From contig CACEUX010000003.1 of NCBI GenBank assembly GCA_902562835.1, positions 6,991-70,990 on the forward strand: 64,000 bases of DNA. Direction: 5' to 3'. Each line of letters starts with the position of its first letter. The stretch's first letter is position 1. Below the pieces are notes generated by a model that ran no database searches, was not told the DNA's origin, and was given only the letters and a program-made list of their open reading frames with translations. Origin of the DNA: an uncultured Fidelibacterota bacterium. GTDB taxonomy: Bacteria > Fidelibacterota > Marinisomatia > Marinisomatales > UBA1611. The translations under genes and the position numbers were made by a program. This document shows positions 10,180 through 20,474 of the stretch, one piece after another.

Positions 10180-11880
10180 ATGTCTCTGCAAGCTCTCACT
10201 TTTATAATTGTTGGTATCACATTTGCCATTTACATAGGAATTGCATTTTGGGCTAGAGCACGTACTACAGATGAGTTCTATGTAGCTGGGGGAGATATTC
10301 ACCCAGTTGCAAATGGAATGGCTACAGCCGCTGATTGGATGTCAGCCGCTTCATTTATATCCATGGCAGGTATGATTGCTTTTCTTGGTTATGGTGGGTC
10401 AGTTTTTCTAATGGGCTGGACTGGAGGCTATGTTTTATTAGCGCTCTTACTAGCTCCATATTTAAGAAAGCATGGTTCCTTCACGGTCCCCGAATTTATT
10501 AGTGATCGATATTATTCGAAGACGGCGCGAGTAGTAGCAGTGGTTTGTTTAATTATTGCTTCCGTCACATATGTGATTGGTCAAATGAAAGGCATTGGAG
10601 TTGCATTCTCAAGGTTCTTAGAGGTTGATTATGATCAAGGCCTAATGGTCGGTATGGGTATTGTCTTTATCTATGCTGTGATGGGAGGGATGAAGGGAAT
10701 TACTTATACACAGATTGCACAATATGTGATTATGATCATAGCTTATACGATACCTGCTATCTTTATTTCATTCATGTTAACAGGGAATCCCATCCCACAG
10801 ATCGGATTAGGTGGAACGATGGAAGATGGATCATATCTCTTAGATAAACTAGATGAGATTGTTACGGAACTTGGATTTAAAGAGTATACTACCAACAAGC
10901 GCCTTAGTTTATTTAATATGTTCTTTTACACTTTATCTCTTATGATCGGTACAGCGGGTTTGCCTCATGTGATCATGAGATTTTTTACTGTTCCATCAGT
11001 AAAAGCTGCAAGATTATCTGCAGGGTGGGCATTGGTTTTTATTGCAGTTCTCTATACAACAGCTCCTGCTGTTGCTGCCATGGCCAGGCTCAACTTAATG
11101 ACCACTATTGACCAACCAACAAAAGAAAACAATATAGCATATAGTGATAGACCATCATGGTTTAGGAATTGGGAAAAAACTGGGTTGCTACAATTTGAAG
11201 ATAAGAATGAAGATGGCCTAATTGACTACACTGGTTCTAGTAATAATGAAATGGTGAAAGTTGATCGGGATATAATGGTCTTAGCAAACCCCGAAATAGC
11301 AGGGTTGCCTAATTGGGTAATAGCTTTGGTAGCGGCAGGTGGTCTCGCTGCTGCTTTATCTACTGCAGCCGGTCTTCTACTTGCTATTTCATCTTCTATA
11401 TCACATGACCTCTTAAAAGGTGTTTTTAAGCCAGAGATATCAGAGCAAGATGAGCTAAGAGCGAGTAGGGTTGCAATGGCAGCATCAATTGCAGTTGCTG
11501 GTTATTTTGGTTTCAACCCACCTGATTTTGCGGCGGGTACAGTTGCTCTTGCTTTTGGTCTTGCCGCTTCATCTATTTTCCCTGCACTCATGATGGGTAT
11601 CTTTTCTAGAACAATTAATAAAGAAGGTGCAATTGCAGGTATGTTAGCGGGAATAGGAGTTACGCTGCTATATGTCTTCCAACATAAAGGAATAATGTTT
11701 ATTCAATCAACAGCATTTTTAGGGGATATGGAACCAAACTGGTTCTTTGGCATTGAGCCTAATGCTTTTGGCGCAGTAGGCGCAGTTGTTAATTTTGTGG
11801 TTGCCTACCTTGTATCAAAGAAAACTCCAGAAATTCCAAGTGATGTAAAAGAAATGGTTGAGAGAATAAGATTACCTTAG
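10180..11880 (+). CDS. Sodium:solute symporter family transporter (ActP/VC_2705-like)
   Basis: 566 aa with about 13 TM helices. It has SSS signature regions (GGMKGITYTQIAQY, GTAGLPHVIMRFFTV). Confidence 0.9.
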   Translation: MSLQALTFIIVGITFAIYIGIAFWARARTTDEFYVAGGDIHPVANGMATAADWMSAASFISMAGMIAFLGYGGSVFLMGWTGGYVLLALLLAPYLRKHGSFTVPEFISDRYYSKTARVVAVVCLIIASVTYVIGQMKGIGVAFSRFLEVDYDQGLMVGMGIVFIYAVMGGMKGITYTQIAQYVIMIIAYTIPAIFISFMLTGNPIPQIGLGGTMEDGSYLLDKLDEIVTELGFKEYTTNKRLSLFNMFFYTLSLMIGTAGLPHVIMRFFTVPSVKAARLSAGWALVFIAVLYTTAPAVAAMARLNLMTTIDQPTKENNIAYSDRPSWFRNWEKTGLLQFEDKNEDGLIDYTGSSNNEMVKVDRDIMVLANPEIAGLPNWVIALVAAGGLAAALSTAAGLLLAISSSISHDLLKGVFKPEISEQDELRASRVAMAASIAVAGYFGFNPPDFAAGTVALAFGLAASSIFPALMMGIFSRTINKEGAIAGMLAGIGVTLLYVFQHKGIMFIQSTAFLGDMEPNWFFGIEPNAFGAVGAVVNFVVAYLVSKKTPEIPSDVKEMVERIRLP

Positions 11881-11881
11881 A

Positions 11882-14458
11882 TCAATAATCCATTTCCATT
11901 CCTCCACCGCCCATTCCCCCAGAGCGGCCAGAAAAATTACCACGGCCCCATTTCTTTTTTTGTTGTTTACCAAAATTATAATTTAATACTATGGAAGTAT
12001 TTCGTTTTTGTCTTTGGCGTTCTGCATACATCAATTGAGTATATGTTTCTTGGGTAATAGAGTTTGTGACATCGGTTGATGTGTCTATTATGAATTTCCC
12101 AGTATCAAAAAGGTCATTTACTTTCAGCGTAACTGATAATTTATTTTTTAGAAACGATTTTTGAATTCCAAGGTTGACGCGATAATTACTAGGGATGGTC
12201 CCAGTTGTTATTTTCATTTTTCCACGTCCATTTCCTGATAGTTCAATTCGGGCAATGGTTGGAATGTTTAGTGTGAGCCGACCACCCAATCCCATGCCTC
12301 TTGAGTTGCCATTAAAATCTGCTTCGCCTTGATCTGATATTTTAGAGTTCCAACTATAACCCCAGATCATGATGCTTGCCAGAGGCATTGGACGATACAT
12401 AATGTTGCCACTAAAATTCATGCTTTTTGAATTTTCAGCATTACCAGCAGTGAGAATCTCATATGTAGTCGTATCAGGGCCAGTAGGCCTTTCCGTATCA
12501 ATGAAAGTCATATAATCTCTATCCCACCACATGATGACGTCACTGGTATTTTTGTAAGAAGAGGACATGTTTATATTTAATTTTCTAGAGTTACTGGAAA
12601 ATGACAATTCCATAACATCACTGTATTCTGGTCTTATATAAGGATTTCCATTCCTTAGTCTACTGATGTCTTGAGTGTTGTTTGGGAATGGGCTTAGTGT
12701 CCGTCTATTTGGCCTGTTTACTTTTTTGGAGTAACCAAATTGCATACTCTGTCTTTCTGTTAGTTTGTAAAGTAAGAAAGCACTGGGGTATACCTTAGTA
12801 TATGGATTATCAAAAGGTGATTCAGATATTGCTTGGTCAAATATCTTTGTAATGATATTTGTTGAATCATGTGTAGTGGGCCCACTCAGGTTTGCCTTTG
12901 TTTCAACCTGTTCAAATCTAGCTCCTAGCTTTAGACCAAAACGATCAGTAAGATCGTATTTTGTAACTAGATAAGCAGCGTAGATATCTTCCTCATAATC
13001 GTTATCATATTTATCTTCTAAATAGTTTAAGTCCTCTCCAAAATTTCTAATTGAAAACTTTAGACCTGTTTCGATACCCAGTTTTTCACCATATTCATTT
13101 TCATAGTCCACGGCCACGGTTATGTTATTGTTATTCTCCAATGTTTTGCTATTGCTATTTCTCAAATCAGATCCATATTGACTTTCCATTGTCCCAGTTT
13201 CAAATACATCATCGATCTCATGAGCAAGGCTTGCATAGGCTTTTAACAATTGTTCTTTAGAATCAAACTTATTTTCATATGAAAGGACATGGTCAATATG
13301 ATAGCCATTATCATTTTCTTCCATTTGTCTTTCACCTAATTCAGTAGTGTCTCTTGTATTGATAAGATAATTAATATTGTTTTGTTCTAATTCTTTATGC
13401 TCTGATATGTCCAGTGTATATCCAACTGTTTTGTTGGTTGAAGGATAATAATCTCCTCCAATTCTAAAGCCTAGATTATTTGGTGTACTTGTTCTGTGAG
13501 TATTTTGGAATAGAGAGTCAGTTATTCTATTGTTATCGGAATAATCCCATTGAAATTGTCTTAGGCCCTCGCCAACTCTGTCTCCCGTTCGATAATTCAT
13601 GCTAGTGAACAGATTGAGTTTATCCGTTCGATAATTTACGTTCCCACTAAGATTTTGTTGCTTATAGTCTCCTTGCATAGCTGAAACGTTTCCGTTGAAA
13701 CCATCAAGAGCTCCTCTTTTCATAACGATATTAATTATACCTCCAACACCATCAGGGTCATATTTTGCAGATGGGTTTGTGATAACCTCAACCTTCTCGA
13801 TCATGGAAGCAGCTATGTTTTCTATCTCTCCCCGTCTACCACTACCGGTTCTTCCACTTCTTTTTCCATCGACAAGGATGGTCACATTTGCATCACCAGC
13901 AATGGAAATAACTCCATCAATATCCACATCAACAGATGGGACTTTCCTCAATACATCAGCTCCAGTTCCGCCAGAGGATGATAGGTCTCTACCAACATTA
14001 AATATTTTTTTATCGATTGTTTGAATGAATGTACTTTCATCGCCAACAACATCAATGGCAGCCATATTCAAAGTAGAGATACTCATTTTTATGGTCCCAA
14101 TATTTTGCCTAATACCCCCTCCTTCACCAGGGTATATATTCAGGGGGCCAATCTCTTTTTTTGCATATCCCATGAACTCGATAACGGCAACATATTTACC
14201 TAATGGAATTTCAGTAATGTTAACTCGACCGTTCTTATCACTTAGACCACCAGTAATCAGTTCATTATGTTCAAGATCCACCAACGATACAGATGCGTAC
14301 TCAATAGGTTTCATTGATGTTGAATCTAAAATCTCCCCTTGAACTATACCGATTGCAGGCATTGCAGGTTTATCTTTATGGTTCTTGTGTCCATATAAAG
14401 ATTGATAGTTTATTGATAGGGTAATTAAGACTATTGCCCATTTAAATATCTTGTTCAT
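11882..14458 (-). CDS. TonB-dependent-receptor-like outer-membrane beta-barrel protein with an N-terminal CarboxypepD_reg domain
   Basis: Signal peptide, a CarbopepD_reg-like domain (GEILDSTSMKPIEYASVSLV...GRVNITEIPLGKYV), a plug region (DLSSSGGTGADVLRKVPSVDVD) and a long beta-barrel. It carries an unusual Gly/Met-rich C-terminal tail. Confidence 0.8.
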   Translation of the reverse strand: MNKIFKWAIVLITLSINYQSLYGHKNHKDKPAMPAIGIVQGEILDSTSMKPIEYASVSLVDLEHNELITGGLSDKNGRVNITEIPLGKYVAVIEFMGYAKKEIGPLNIYPGEGGGIRQNIGTIKMSISTLNMAAIDVVGDESTFIQTIDKKIFNVGRDLSSSGGTGADVLRKVPSVDVDIDGVISIAGDANVTILVDGKRSGRTGSGRRGEIENIAASMIEKVEVITNPSAKYDPDGVGGIINIVMKRGALDGFNGNVSAMQGDYKQQNLSGNVNYRTDKLNLFTSMNYRTGDRVGEGLRQFQWDYSDNNRITDSLFQNTHRTSTPNNLGFRIGGDYYPSTNKTVGYTLDISEHKELEQNNINYLINTRDTTELGERQMEENDNGYHIDHVLSYENKFDSKEQLLKAYASLAHEIDDVFETGTMESQYGSDLRNSNSKTLENNNNITVAVDYENEYGEKLGIETGLKFSIRNFGEDLNYLEDKYDNDYEEDIYAAYLVTKYDLTDRFGLKLGARFEQVETKANLSGPTTHDSTNIITKIFDQAISESPFDNPYTKVYPSAFLLYKLTERQSMQFGYSKKVNRPNRRTLSPFPNNTQDISRLRNGNPYIRPEYSDVMELSFSSNSRKLNINMSSSYKNTSDVIMWWDRDYMTFIDTERPTGPDTTTYEILTAGNAENSKSMNFSGNIMYRPMPLASIMIWGYSWNSKISDQGEADFNGNSRGMGLGGRLTLNIPTIARIELSGNGRGKMKITTGTIPSNYRVNLGIQKSFLKNKLSVTLKVNDLFDTGKFIIDTSTDVTNSITQETYTQLMYAERQRQKRNTSIVLNYNFGKQQKKKWGRGNFSGRSGGMGGGGMEMDY

Positions 14459-14534
14459 TTTTTCCTCGGGATAAAAGATTATGATGAATATTAATAATTA
14501 GACTGGTATGATTGAAATAAGTTAAATAAAAAAT

Positions 14535-15125
14535 TTAGTCAAAAACTGATCGAATATTTTCATCTACACTGTCTCTAGTGATGAATATATACATTTCTTC
14601 GATCTGATTAATATAACCGATCACGCAAAGTACTGGAAACACTTGTGATGCTAGATCAGGATATAATATGGCAATTATCATGAAGAAGTAAAGAGACGCT
14701 GCAAAGGTTTTTCCACCAATTGTATGGAAAACAGGTATTTCTCCAAACTTTTGTTTACCGAGAACCATTTTGATAAAAAATAGTGCCATTAAAACATAAA
14801 CCAAATACCACCAGCCCTCTACAACTTGAGGTGAGAAGCGATATAACCATAAAGTAATAAGTGGATAGAATACCATATCAGCCATTGTATCAAGTTTAGC
14901 TCCTAGATGGCTGGTTTGATTCAGGTATCTTGCAATGGTTCCATCAAGTTTGTCTGTAACTCCAATTAGGATGAACATTCCAAGAAATATCATTCGAGCC
15001 TGATGATCGTCGTTCATTAAAAAAGACGGGATAAGCATTGCAGGCATTAATACTAGCCTACTTAGGCTCAAAAGGTTTGGGATTGTTTTTAGTTGGTTTA
15101 GCGTTGTGTTACTATTGTCACCCAC
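14535..15125 (-). CDS. CDP-alcohol phosphatidyltransferase family protein
   Basis: DKLDGTIARYLNQTSHLGAKLDTMADM matches D-x2-DG-x2-AR-x8-G-x3-D-x3-D. The protein is multi-TM. Confidence 0.8.
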   Translation of the reverse strand: MGDNSNTTLNQLKTIPNLLSLSRLVLMPAMLIPSFLMNDDHQARMIFLGMFILIGVTDKLDGTIARYLNQTSHLGAKLDTMADMVFYPLITLWLYRFSPQVVEGWWYLVYVLMALFFIKMVLGKQKFGEIPVFHTIGGKTFAASLYFFMIIAILYPDLASQVFPVLCVIGYINQIEEMYIFITRDSVDENIRSVFD

Positions 15126-15164
15126 TCTAGAAGATAAACTAAAAATGTATATAAAAGGTATTAT

Positions 15165-16373
15165 TTATGGAAGTGAATAAAGTAGCCTTGCATGATCTTC
15201 AAAAATAGTCATTATCTCTTTTACTTTTACCTCATCACTTAAAAAATGGCCAATAAACGTCTTATGATCATATTTAAATTGCCCTATAAAATTCCATATC
15301 CCTGGTTCTATGGATCCATGTTTTGATAAGTTGATCACGGGCTCAGGTCCATGCTTACCACTAAAAGGTCTTTTCATAGAAATTGTATTTACAGTGCCAT
15401 CATTTTCGAACCATGTCGAATCCGTCTGTTGTCCATCACCTATATCAACTTTTGATCTTCCTATAAGCCATGACCATGGGTAACTTGTAGTATGAGTATA
15501 TTCTGCAGGCTTGTGGTGACCGGAATTTGTATCTAGAATACTTGCAACTGTACTGGAGGAAAAGTAATAAATCTCCGGATCAATAACTAAAATATCATTC
15601 AATTCCTTTGCCCCTTGAATACTAGAATCCCAAGCAATGCTATTTTTTGTATTCCATGCTGGATGCTTTGTCAATCTGCTTAGATATTCTTGCAGTGTCT
15701 CATTTTCACTTTTTGAAAGATTCCATTGTTCTAAATCAAAATCATAGAAGCTTGTACTTATAATATTTGCAATAGGAATTAAATTATCTGTAAATGGTAA
15801 AATATCTACCACGATATCTGAAAGAGTTGCCCCATTATTTGGTGTTGACATTGTTGTTACAGATCTAACCCAATTATTTAAATGTTTACCCAACAGTTCA
15901 CTTTGGTCTGGTTTGCCATTAGATTCATCAATGAAAGTTGAATTCAACAAGTGAATTAACATTCTAGCCGTTAGTCCGCCAAAACTGTATCCGACCAAAT
16001 GTACAGGATGATTTTCATCCCATGCTGGATATAGGCCAGAGTAATGTTTTTCTTTAGGTCTTTGGATCAGGTTATAATTTTTAGAGTGTTCAACGCCATA
16101 ATCAACCTGTCCTCCTTTAATTTGATAGAATGTTTCAATAGCGCAATCATAAGTTGATGATACAGGGCCTAAAGAGACAGAATAGACCTTGAAACCTTTC
16201 TCAGTCAAATGTTGTTCAATATCATAATCCCCTCCCCAGTAATTCATTTCACCAACTTCATCTTTTCCCCAGCCTAAAAAGCCATGGATTAGAATAATTG
16301 GATAATTATTTTCACCATGGACATATCCAATTACAGTTAAATGAATGACGAGAAGTAGATTTATTAATTTCAA
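15165..16373 (-). CDS. Secreted triacylglycerol lipase (family I.5/I.6-like alpha/beta hydrolase)
   Basis: PIILIHGFLGWGKDE...YWGG...IEQHL and the nucleophile elbow VGYSFGG. The overall collinearity matches my recollection of the Geobacillus/Staphylococcus lipase N-terminal region. A signal peptide is present. Confidence 0.8.
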   Translation of the reverse strand: MKLINLLLVIHLTVIGYVHGENNYPIILIHGFLGWGKDEVGEMNYWGGDYDIEQHLTEKGFKVYSVSLGPVSSTYDCAIETFYQIKGGQVDYGVEHSKNYNLIQRPKEKHYSGLYPAWDENHPVHLVGYSFGGLTARMLIHLLNSTFIDESNGKPDQSELLGKHLNNWVRSVTTMSTPNNGATLSDIVVDILPFTDNLIPIANIISTSFYDFDLEQWNLSKSENETLQEYLSRLTKHPAWNTKNSIAWDSSIQGAKELNDILVIDPEIYYFSSSTVASILDTNSGHHKPAEYTHTTSYPWSWLIGRSKVDIGDGQQTDSTWFENDGTVNTISMKRPFSGKHGPEPVINLSKHGSIEPGIWNFIGQFKYDHKTFIGHFLSDEVKVKEIMTIFEDHARLLYSLP

Positions 16374-16451
16374 GATCAGTTTAATTATTGGAAGTTAAAT
16401 TGATCATGTTTAATCTGAACAATTTGGTAACTGCTTCCTGGGCTATTTAAT

Positions 16452-17558
16452 CTATTGTTTTGGTTTAACAACTAATCTGAAAATGGGATTTGTATCAGGC
16501 GCAATTAATGCATTTAAAACCTCAAACTCTAATTCAAATTTTCTCTTTTTATCAAGGGTCCTTACATCAATGATAGATTCACCATGGGCTGGTACTGTTA
16601 TGAGATTTGTTGCATTATAAAAATCAAAATTACTTTGATTCCTAAGTGTATATGGAGCATCTGAATTATTAGAAAGCACAACATGCACTATCGTAGTATT
16701 TGATATATAACTCGCAGATTCAATTTCTAAACTATTGTTTATAAGTGGTAAAAGAAAATCACTCTTGCCTATTAGTTTTTTATTGAACCATACAACCGTC
16801 TGTCCATTCCTTAATGCTCTTTTTAATGAATTTTCGTTTTTTTCTCTTGCAAATACTAAAGTGACTGGACGATGACCACCGGATGGTATGCGGTATTGCC
16901 AGTCAATTATTTCATGGATATCAGATGTACCAAGTATGGTTAGGTCATAATCCAAGGCAAGTTGAAAGGCTTCATTTGAATAGGTTGTATCATTGACAAT
17001 CTCTATACCTTCAATAAGATCATTATTGATCATCTGTATATGGAGTTGGTCTAATGGAACACTTGCATCAGGTGATTGGCTAGCCCAGTGTGGGTGATTC
17101 CAAAAGATAAAGGCATCCTGTTTACGGGCTTCAAGGAATGCTTCTATTGGATCATCTGTAATCAATTTATTTGCATCTTCTAAAAATATTGCATTGGCAT
17201 GTCCTGGAGGCATATCTCTAGTTATTTCAGATCCATTCAATACCAATAGGTCTGAATTCTTAGCAAACCCCTTGGCGAGATCATACGATCGGTTTCTATC
17301 TGGATGAGGAATATCAGAAATCCATGACTGGTACTCAATGTGTTCTGTTGTTGCAATCACATCAAGTCCATCCTTATTCGCTTCCATTACCCGAATATTT
17401 GGCCAAACACTCCCATCAGAAAAAACAGTGTGCATGTGAAGGTCGCATACCAATGTCTTAAACCCAGGAAGATCAGGGAAATCAATAATTCGATCATTTT
17501 TACCAGAATGGGCAACAGTAAATGATATTAGCAGTGAAAGTAATAAAGGTTTCTGCAT
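16452..17558 (-). CDS. Secreted PHP-domain metallophosphoesterase
   Basis: Signal peptide followed by CDLHMHTVFSDGS (PHP motif I), ATTEHIE and GTSDIH. Confidence 0.75.
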   Translation of the reverse strand: MQKPLLLSLLISFTVAHSGKNDRIIDFPDLPGFKTLVCDLHMHTVFSDGSVWPNIRVMEANKDGLDVIATTEHIEYQSWISDIPHPDRNRSYDLAKGFAKNSDLLVLNGSEITRDMPPGHANAIFLEDANKLITDDPIEAFLEARKQDAFIFWNHPHWASQSPDASVPLDQLHIQMINNDLIEGIEIVNDTTYSNEAFQLALDYDLTILGTSDIHEIIDWQYRIPSGGHRPVTLVFAREKNENSLKRALRNGQTVVWFNKKLIGKSDFLLPLINNSLEIESASYISNTTIVHVVLSNNSDAPYTLRNQSNFDFYNATNLITVPAHGESIIDVRTLDKKRKFELEFEVLNALIAPDTNPIFRLVVKPKQ

Positions 17559-17559
17559 T

Positions 17560-18615
17560 TTACTTTGTTTTCTCCCAATGTATATCCATAGTATGATACT
17601 GAGCTTTTTGTCCTTTTTCTAATGGTACCACGAGCATATACGAAGCTGTCTGGTCGGGTTCAAGTGCTGTGTCAGCAACGACATTTGATTCATAAGCAAT
17701 GCGTGTGCCTTTTACAAAAATAGAATCTGATCCTGTATTTTTCGTGGTCTGGTCAAATAAATTACCGATCACTCTTACAAAATCAGCACGGATCTCACCA
17801 ACATTCTTCACTCGCCCAGAAAAGACCTGCATATCTGGATAATAATCTATGAATGGATCGCCTAAAAAGACTACTTTGGGTCCTGGTTTTTCTAACTCAT
17901 CCATACGTACTACCATTTCTTTTTTCAACACCAAAGTACCGATCTGTGTCTTGAGAGTAAGGGTAGAATCAGATTCTTCTAAAAGTTCACCAGATACAAC
18001 AGTGCCATTCTGAAGCTCAACGCGATGTTGGTAGTCGGGTACTTTGATCAAGTCTAAGATATCACGGCGAACATTTGGCATGGTCTGACCCTTCTCATAT
18101 CCTTTTACAACGCTCTTTAAAGAATCAATTTCTGTTTCTAATGCCTTAAGGTTAGATTCGTATTCAAAGAAAAGATCTTCAAATTTTAGTTTTTGCTTTC
18201 CAGCTTCTTTCCTCTGCTGTGGCAACATATCCATCTCAGGTGTAATACTTATTTCTTTATCTGTTAAAACAGGTAGGTCCAATATTTCATCAGGTGGAAT
18301 TTTTAGCGTAAGGTCGACATCTTTCGTTGTTACAGTAAAGTTAATTTCAGCTTCACCTTCTTTTTTATGAATTCCTTTAAGGACATAAGATCCTGCTGAG
18401 ATCTTCTTAAACTTAAACTCTCCATCGCTACCGGTTTTATCCTTATCCACTTTTTTCCCATCTTCATTCAAAAGACTAAGTTTTACTTTTTTAAGTCCCT
18501 GACCATCTTTGCCAAGTACAATGCCTGTAACCGTAAATTTTGTCTTCTTCTTACTCTCCACCTCTACGGCAAGAATCATATTCAAGAGAAGTATCCAAGA
18601 TAAATATCTAATCAT
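17560..18615 (-). CDS. Secreted protein with a CarboxypepD_reg-like domain, a coiled-coil segment and a C-terminal beta-rich domain (hypothetical)
   Basis: GIVLGKDGQGLKKVKLSLLNEDG...GSDGEFKFKKISAGSYVLKG. I prefer the start at MIRYLSWILLLNM (18615), giving an 8-nt overlap with the upstream gene. The track ORF extends to 18684. Confidence 0.55.
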   Translation of the reverse strand: MIRYLSWILLLNMILAVEVESKKKTKFTVTGIVLGKDGQGLKKVKLSLLNEDGKKVDKDKTGSDGEFKFKKISAGSYVLKGIHKKEGEAEINFTVTTKDVDLTLKIPPDEILDLPVLTDKEISITPEMDMLPQQRKEAGKQKLKFEDLFFEYESNLKALETEIDSLKSVVKGYEKGQTMPNVRRDILDLIKVPDYQHRVELQNGTVVSGELLEESDSTLTLKTQIGTLVLKKEMVVRMDELEKPGPKVVFLGDPFIDYYPDMQVFSGRVKNVGEIRADFVRVIGNLFDQTTKNTGSDSIFVKGTRIAYESNVVADTALEPDQTASYMLVVPLEKGQKAQYHTMDIHWEKTK

Positions 18616-19741
18616 ATTCTTTTCTGGAAAAGTGTGCTTTAAATGCCATTCGCCTAACAGATTCTGCATTTCTCTTTTCTTCACCTAATGCATAGACCAT
18701 ATTGATAATATTATCATAATAAATATAGTTTTCTTTATCCTCGAGTAGCGGCAAAAGGCCGTCAATGACAGAAGGATCATTGAATGCGGCTAGATTATCT
18801 ATAGCTTTTTTTCTTATATCTACAGGGTAGTCATCACTATGTGCAATTTCAATAACTGCCTTTTTTACCTCTGGGTCATCAAATTCCCCAAGTGCTGCGA
18901 GCATGGTGTTCAATAGACTATAATATTGTGTTTTACCCATGTTGTAAGTATTCAAAAGTGAAAGGACAAGGTTTTCTTCTTTAACGCCCTTCATTGTATT
19001 TAGTGCAAACTCTCTGACCTCTAAGTTGGTATTTGGATCCCCCAACAATTCAGCAAAGGCAATGGCTACTTCATTTGGGTTCTTTTTCCCTAATATTTCT
19101 ACAGCTTTATTTCTAATTCCTATATTTATATTTGGGTCTCTTGCAACTGAGGTCAATATGGGGACCACCTGATCTGTGCCTATTGCTCCTAGGGTTTCTG
19201 TCAATAAGCGTTCAGTTCTAGACATATTGCTCTTTGCCACTTCATAGAGATCTAAAAGAGCTAATATCTGATCTTTCGTTCTAACACGGTTAAGGCTCTT
19301 TACCAGTGAAATATGAACTTCATTTGTTCTACTCTCCATTGTTTTCATGGACCGCACTAGTGCGGCAGCAGCTTTTGGATTTTCACTGAACATTCCAAGC
19401 ATATTAATAGATTCATTTAATAGAGTGTAGTCCACTGCGGTCGTGGTCGCAACCATTTCAGCGATAGCATGCAAAGCTCTTGGATGTTGTGTTTGTGCAA
19501 GTGTTTTACCTGCAGCTACACGTAGTTTAACATGAAGATCTTCATCATCGTATACTTCTATCAATTCATCTAAGGCCTTGACATTACCTCCGCGATATGC
19601 ACTTTTTAACTCTTGCACTCGGTTTAAGAAATCTGGATCATTTGGGTCGCCAATAGATCTTTTTCCAAAAAGTCCTTTTATACTTGAACAGCCTTGAATC
19701 ACAAGTGTCATACATAAAATTATGTGGATGAACCTATTCAT
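18608..19741 (-). CDS. HEAT-repeat lipoprotein (hypothetical)
   Basis: Lipoprotein-type signal (LVIQGCSS). Repeated ~30-aa helical units with D/N-P..VR..A...LG spacing are typical of PBS-lyase HEAT repeats. Confidence 0.65.
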   Translation of the reverse strand: MNRFIHIILCMTLVIQGCSSIKGLFGKRSIGDPNDPDFLNRVQELKSAYRGGNVKALDELIEVYDDEDLHVKLRVAAGKTLAQTQHPRALHAIAEMVATTTAVDYTLLNESINMLGMFSENPKAAAALVRSMKTMESRTNEVHISLVKSLNRVRTKDQILALLDLYEVAKSNMSRTERLLTETLGAIGTDQVVPILTSVARDPNINIGIRNKAVEILGKKNPNEVAIAFAELLGDPNTNLEVREFALNTMKGVKEENLVLSLLNTYNMGKTQYYSLLNTMLAALGEFDDPEVKKAVIEIAHSDDYPVDIRKKAIDNLAAFNDPSVIDGLLPLLEDKENYIYYDNIINMVYALGEEKRNAESVRRMAFKAHFSRKEYD

Positions 19742-20474
19742 CTTTCTCCCATAGAATCATATTGAGGTCTTCACCATCATAGACCGCATAGGATGGACGA
19801 AAGAACCAATCGCCTAAAACAGCCAGTTTCCCTTCATTAATTGTAAACATCTCACCTAAATGATAATGCCCCGAGATCATGTAATCAAAGCCATTATCAA
19901 AATGTTTTTTTGCAGCTTGTTTTAGTTCAATACGTACATCTTTATTAAAATCTTCAGAATGGGTGTGGTAATGCCCGCTTCTTGATATAAACCTTGCGAT
20001 CTTATATGATATGGTTGGGTGCAACCAACTAAAGGGCCTTATAAAAGTATTTGATCGTATTACTTTCTTTAGTAACCGGTAACCGTGGTCCCAACTGAGT
20101 AATCCATCTCCATGTGTTAAATAAAATTTCTTATCATTTATTTTTATCTGGGTATCAGTATGATAAACCATATCCATGATCTCATGTTCCATGAATTCTC
20201 CTGTCCAATAGTCGTGATTCCCCACAAGAAAATGTAAGTCGACACCTTTCCTTCTAAGAGACATGGCTTTAAGATAGAAATCGGCATAAGCTTTTGGAAT
20301 CACATCAGGGTATTCAAAATAAAAGTCAAACAGGTCACCCACAAAAAAGCAGGTCCCACCAGTTTCCATTATCTTATCAAAAAGACGATAAAGCATTTCT
20401 CTTCGCTCTTTCTCTTTTTTGTCTAAAGATAATTTCAAATGAATATCTGAAATAAAATAGACGGGCGTCTTCAT
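19734..20474 (-). CDS. lpxH: UDP-2,3-diacylglucosamine diphosphatase (LpxH-type metallophosphoesterase)
   Basis: YFISDIHL, VGDLFDFYFEY, VGNHDYW and THGDG, in the order and spacing of Bacteroidota-type LpxH. Confidence 0.7.
   Translation of the reverse strand: MKTPVYFISDIHLKLSLDKKEKERREMLYRLFDKIMETGGTCFFVGDLFDFYFEYPDVIPKAYADFYLKAMSLRRKGVDLHFLVGNHDYWTGEFMEHEIMDMVYHTDTQIKINDKKFYLTHGDGLLSWDHGYRLLKKVIRSNTFIRPFSWLHPTISYKIARFISRSGHYHTHSEDFNKDVRIELKQAAKKHFDNGFDYMISGHYHLGEMFTINEGKLAVLGDWFFRPSYAVYDGEDLNMILWEKDE

Noticed and set aside
13695-14342. Cluster of plus-strand ORFs (13695-14024, 14021-14203, 14025-14342, and also 13051-13260).
   Set aside because: All are antisense to the 858-aa outer-membrane receptor gene, which has a coherent signal peptide, plug and barrel. 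The antisense products are Pro/Ser/Phe-rich, as is typical of shadow ORFs.
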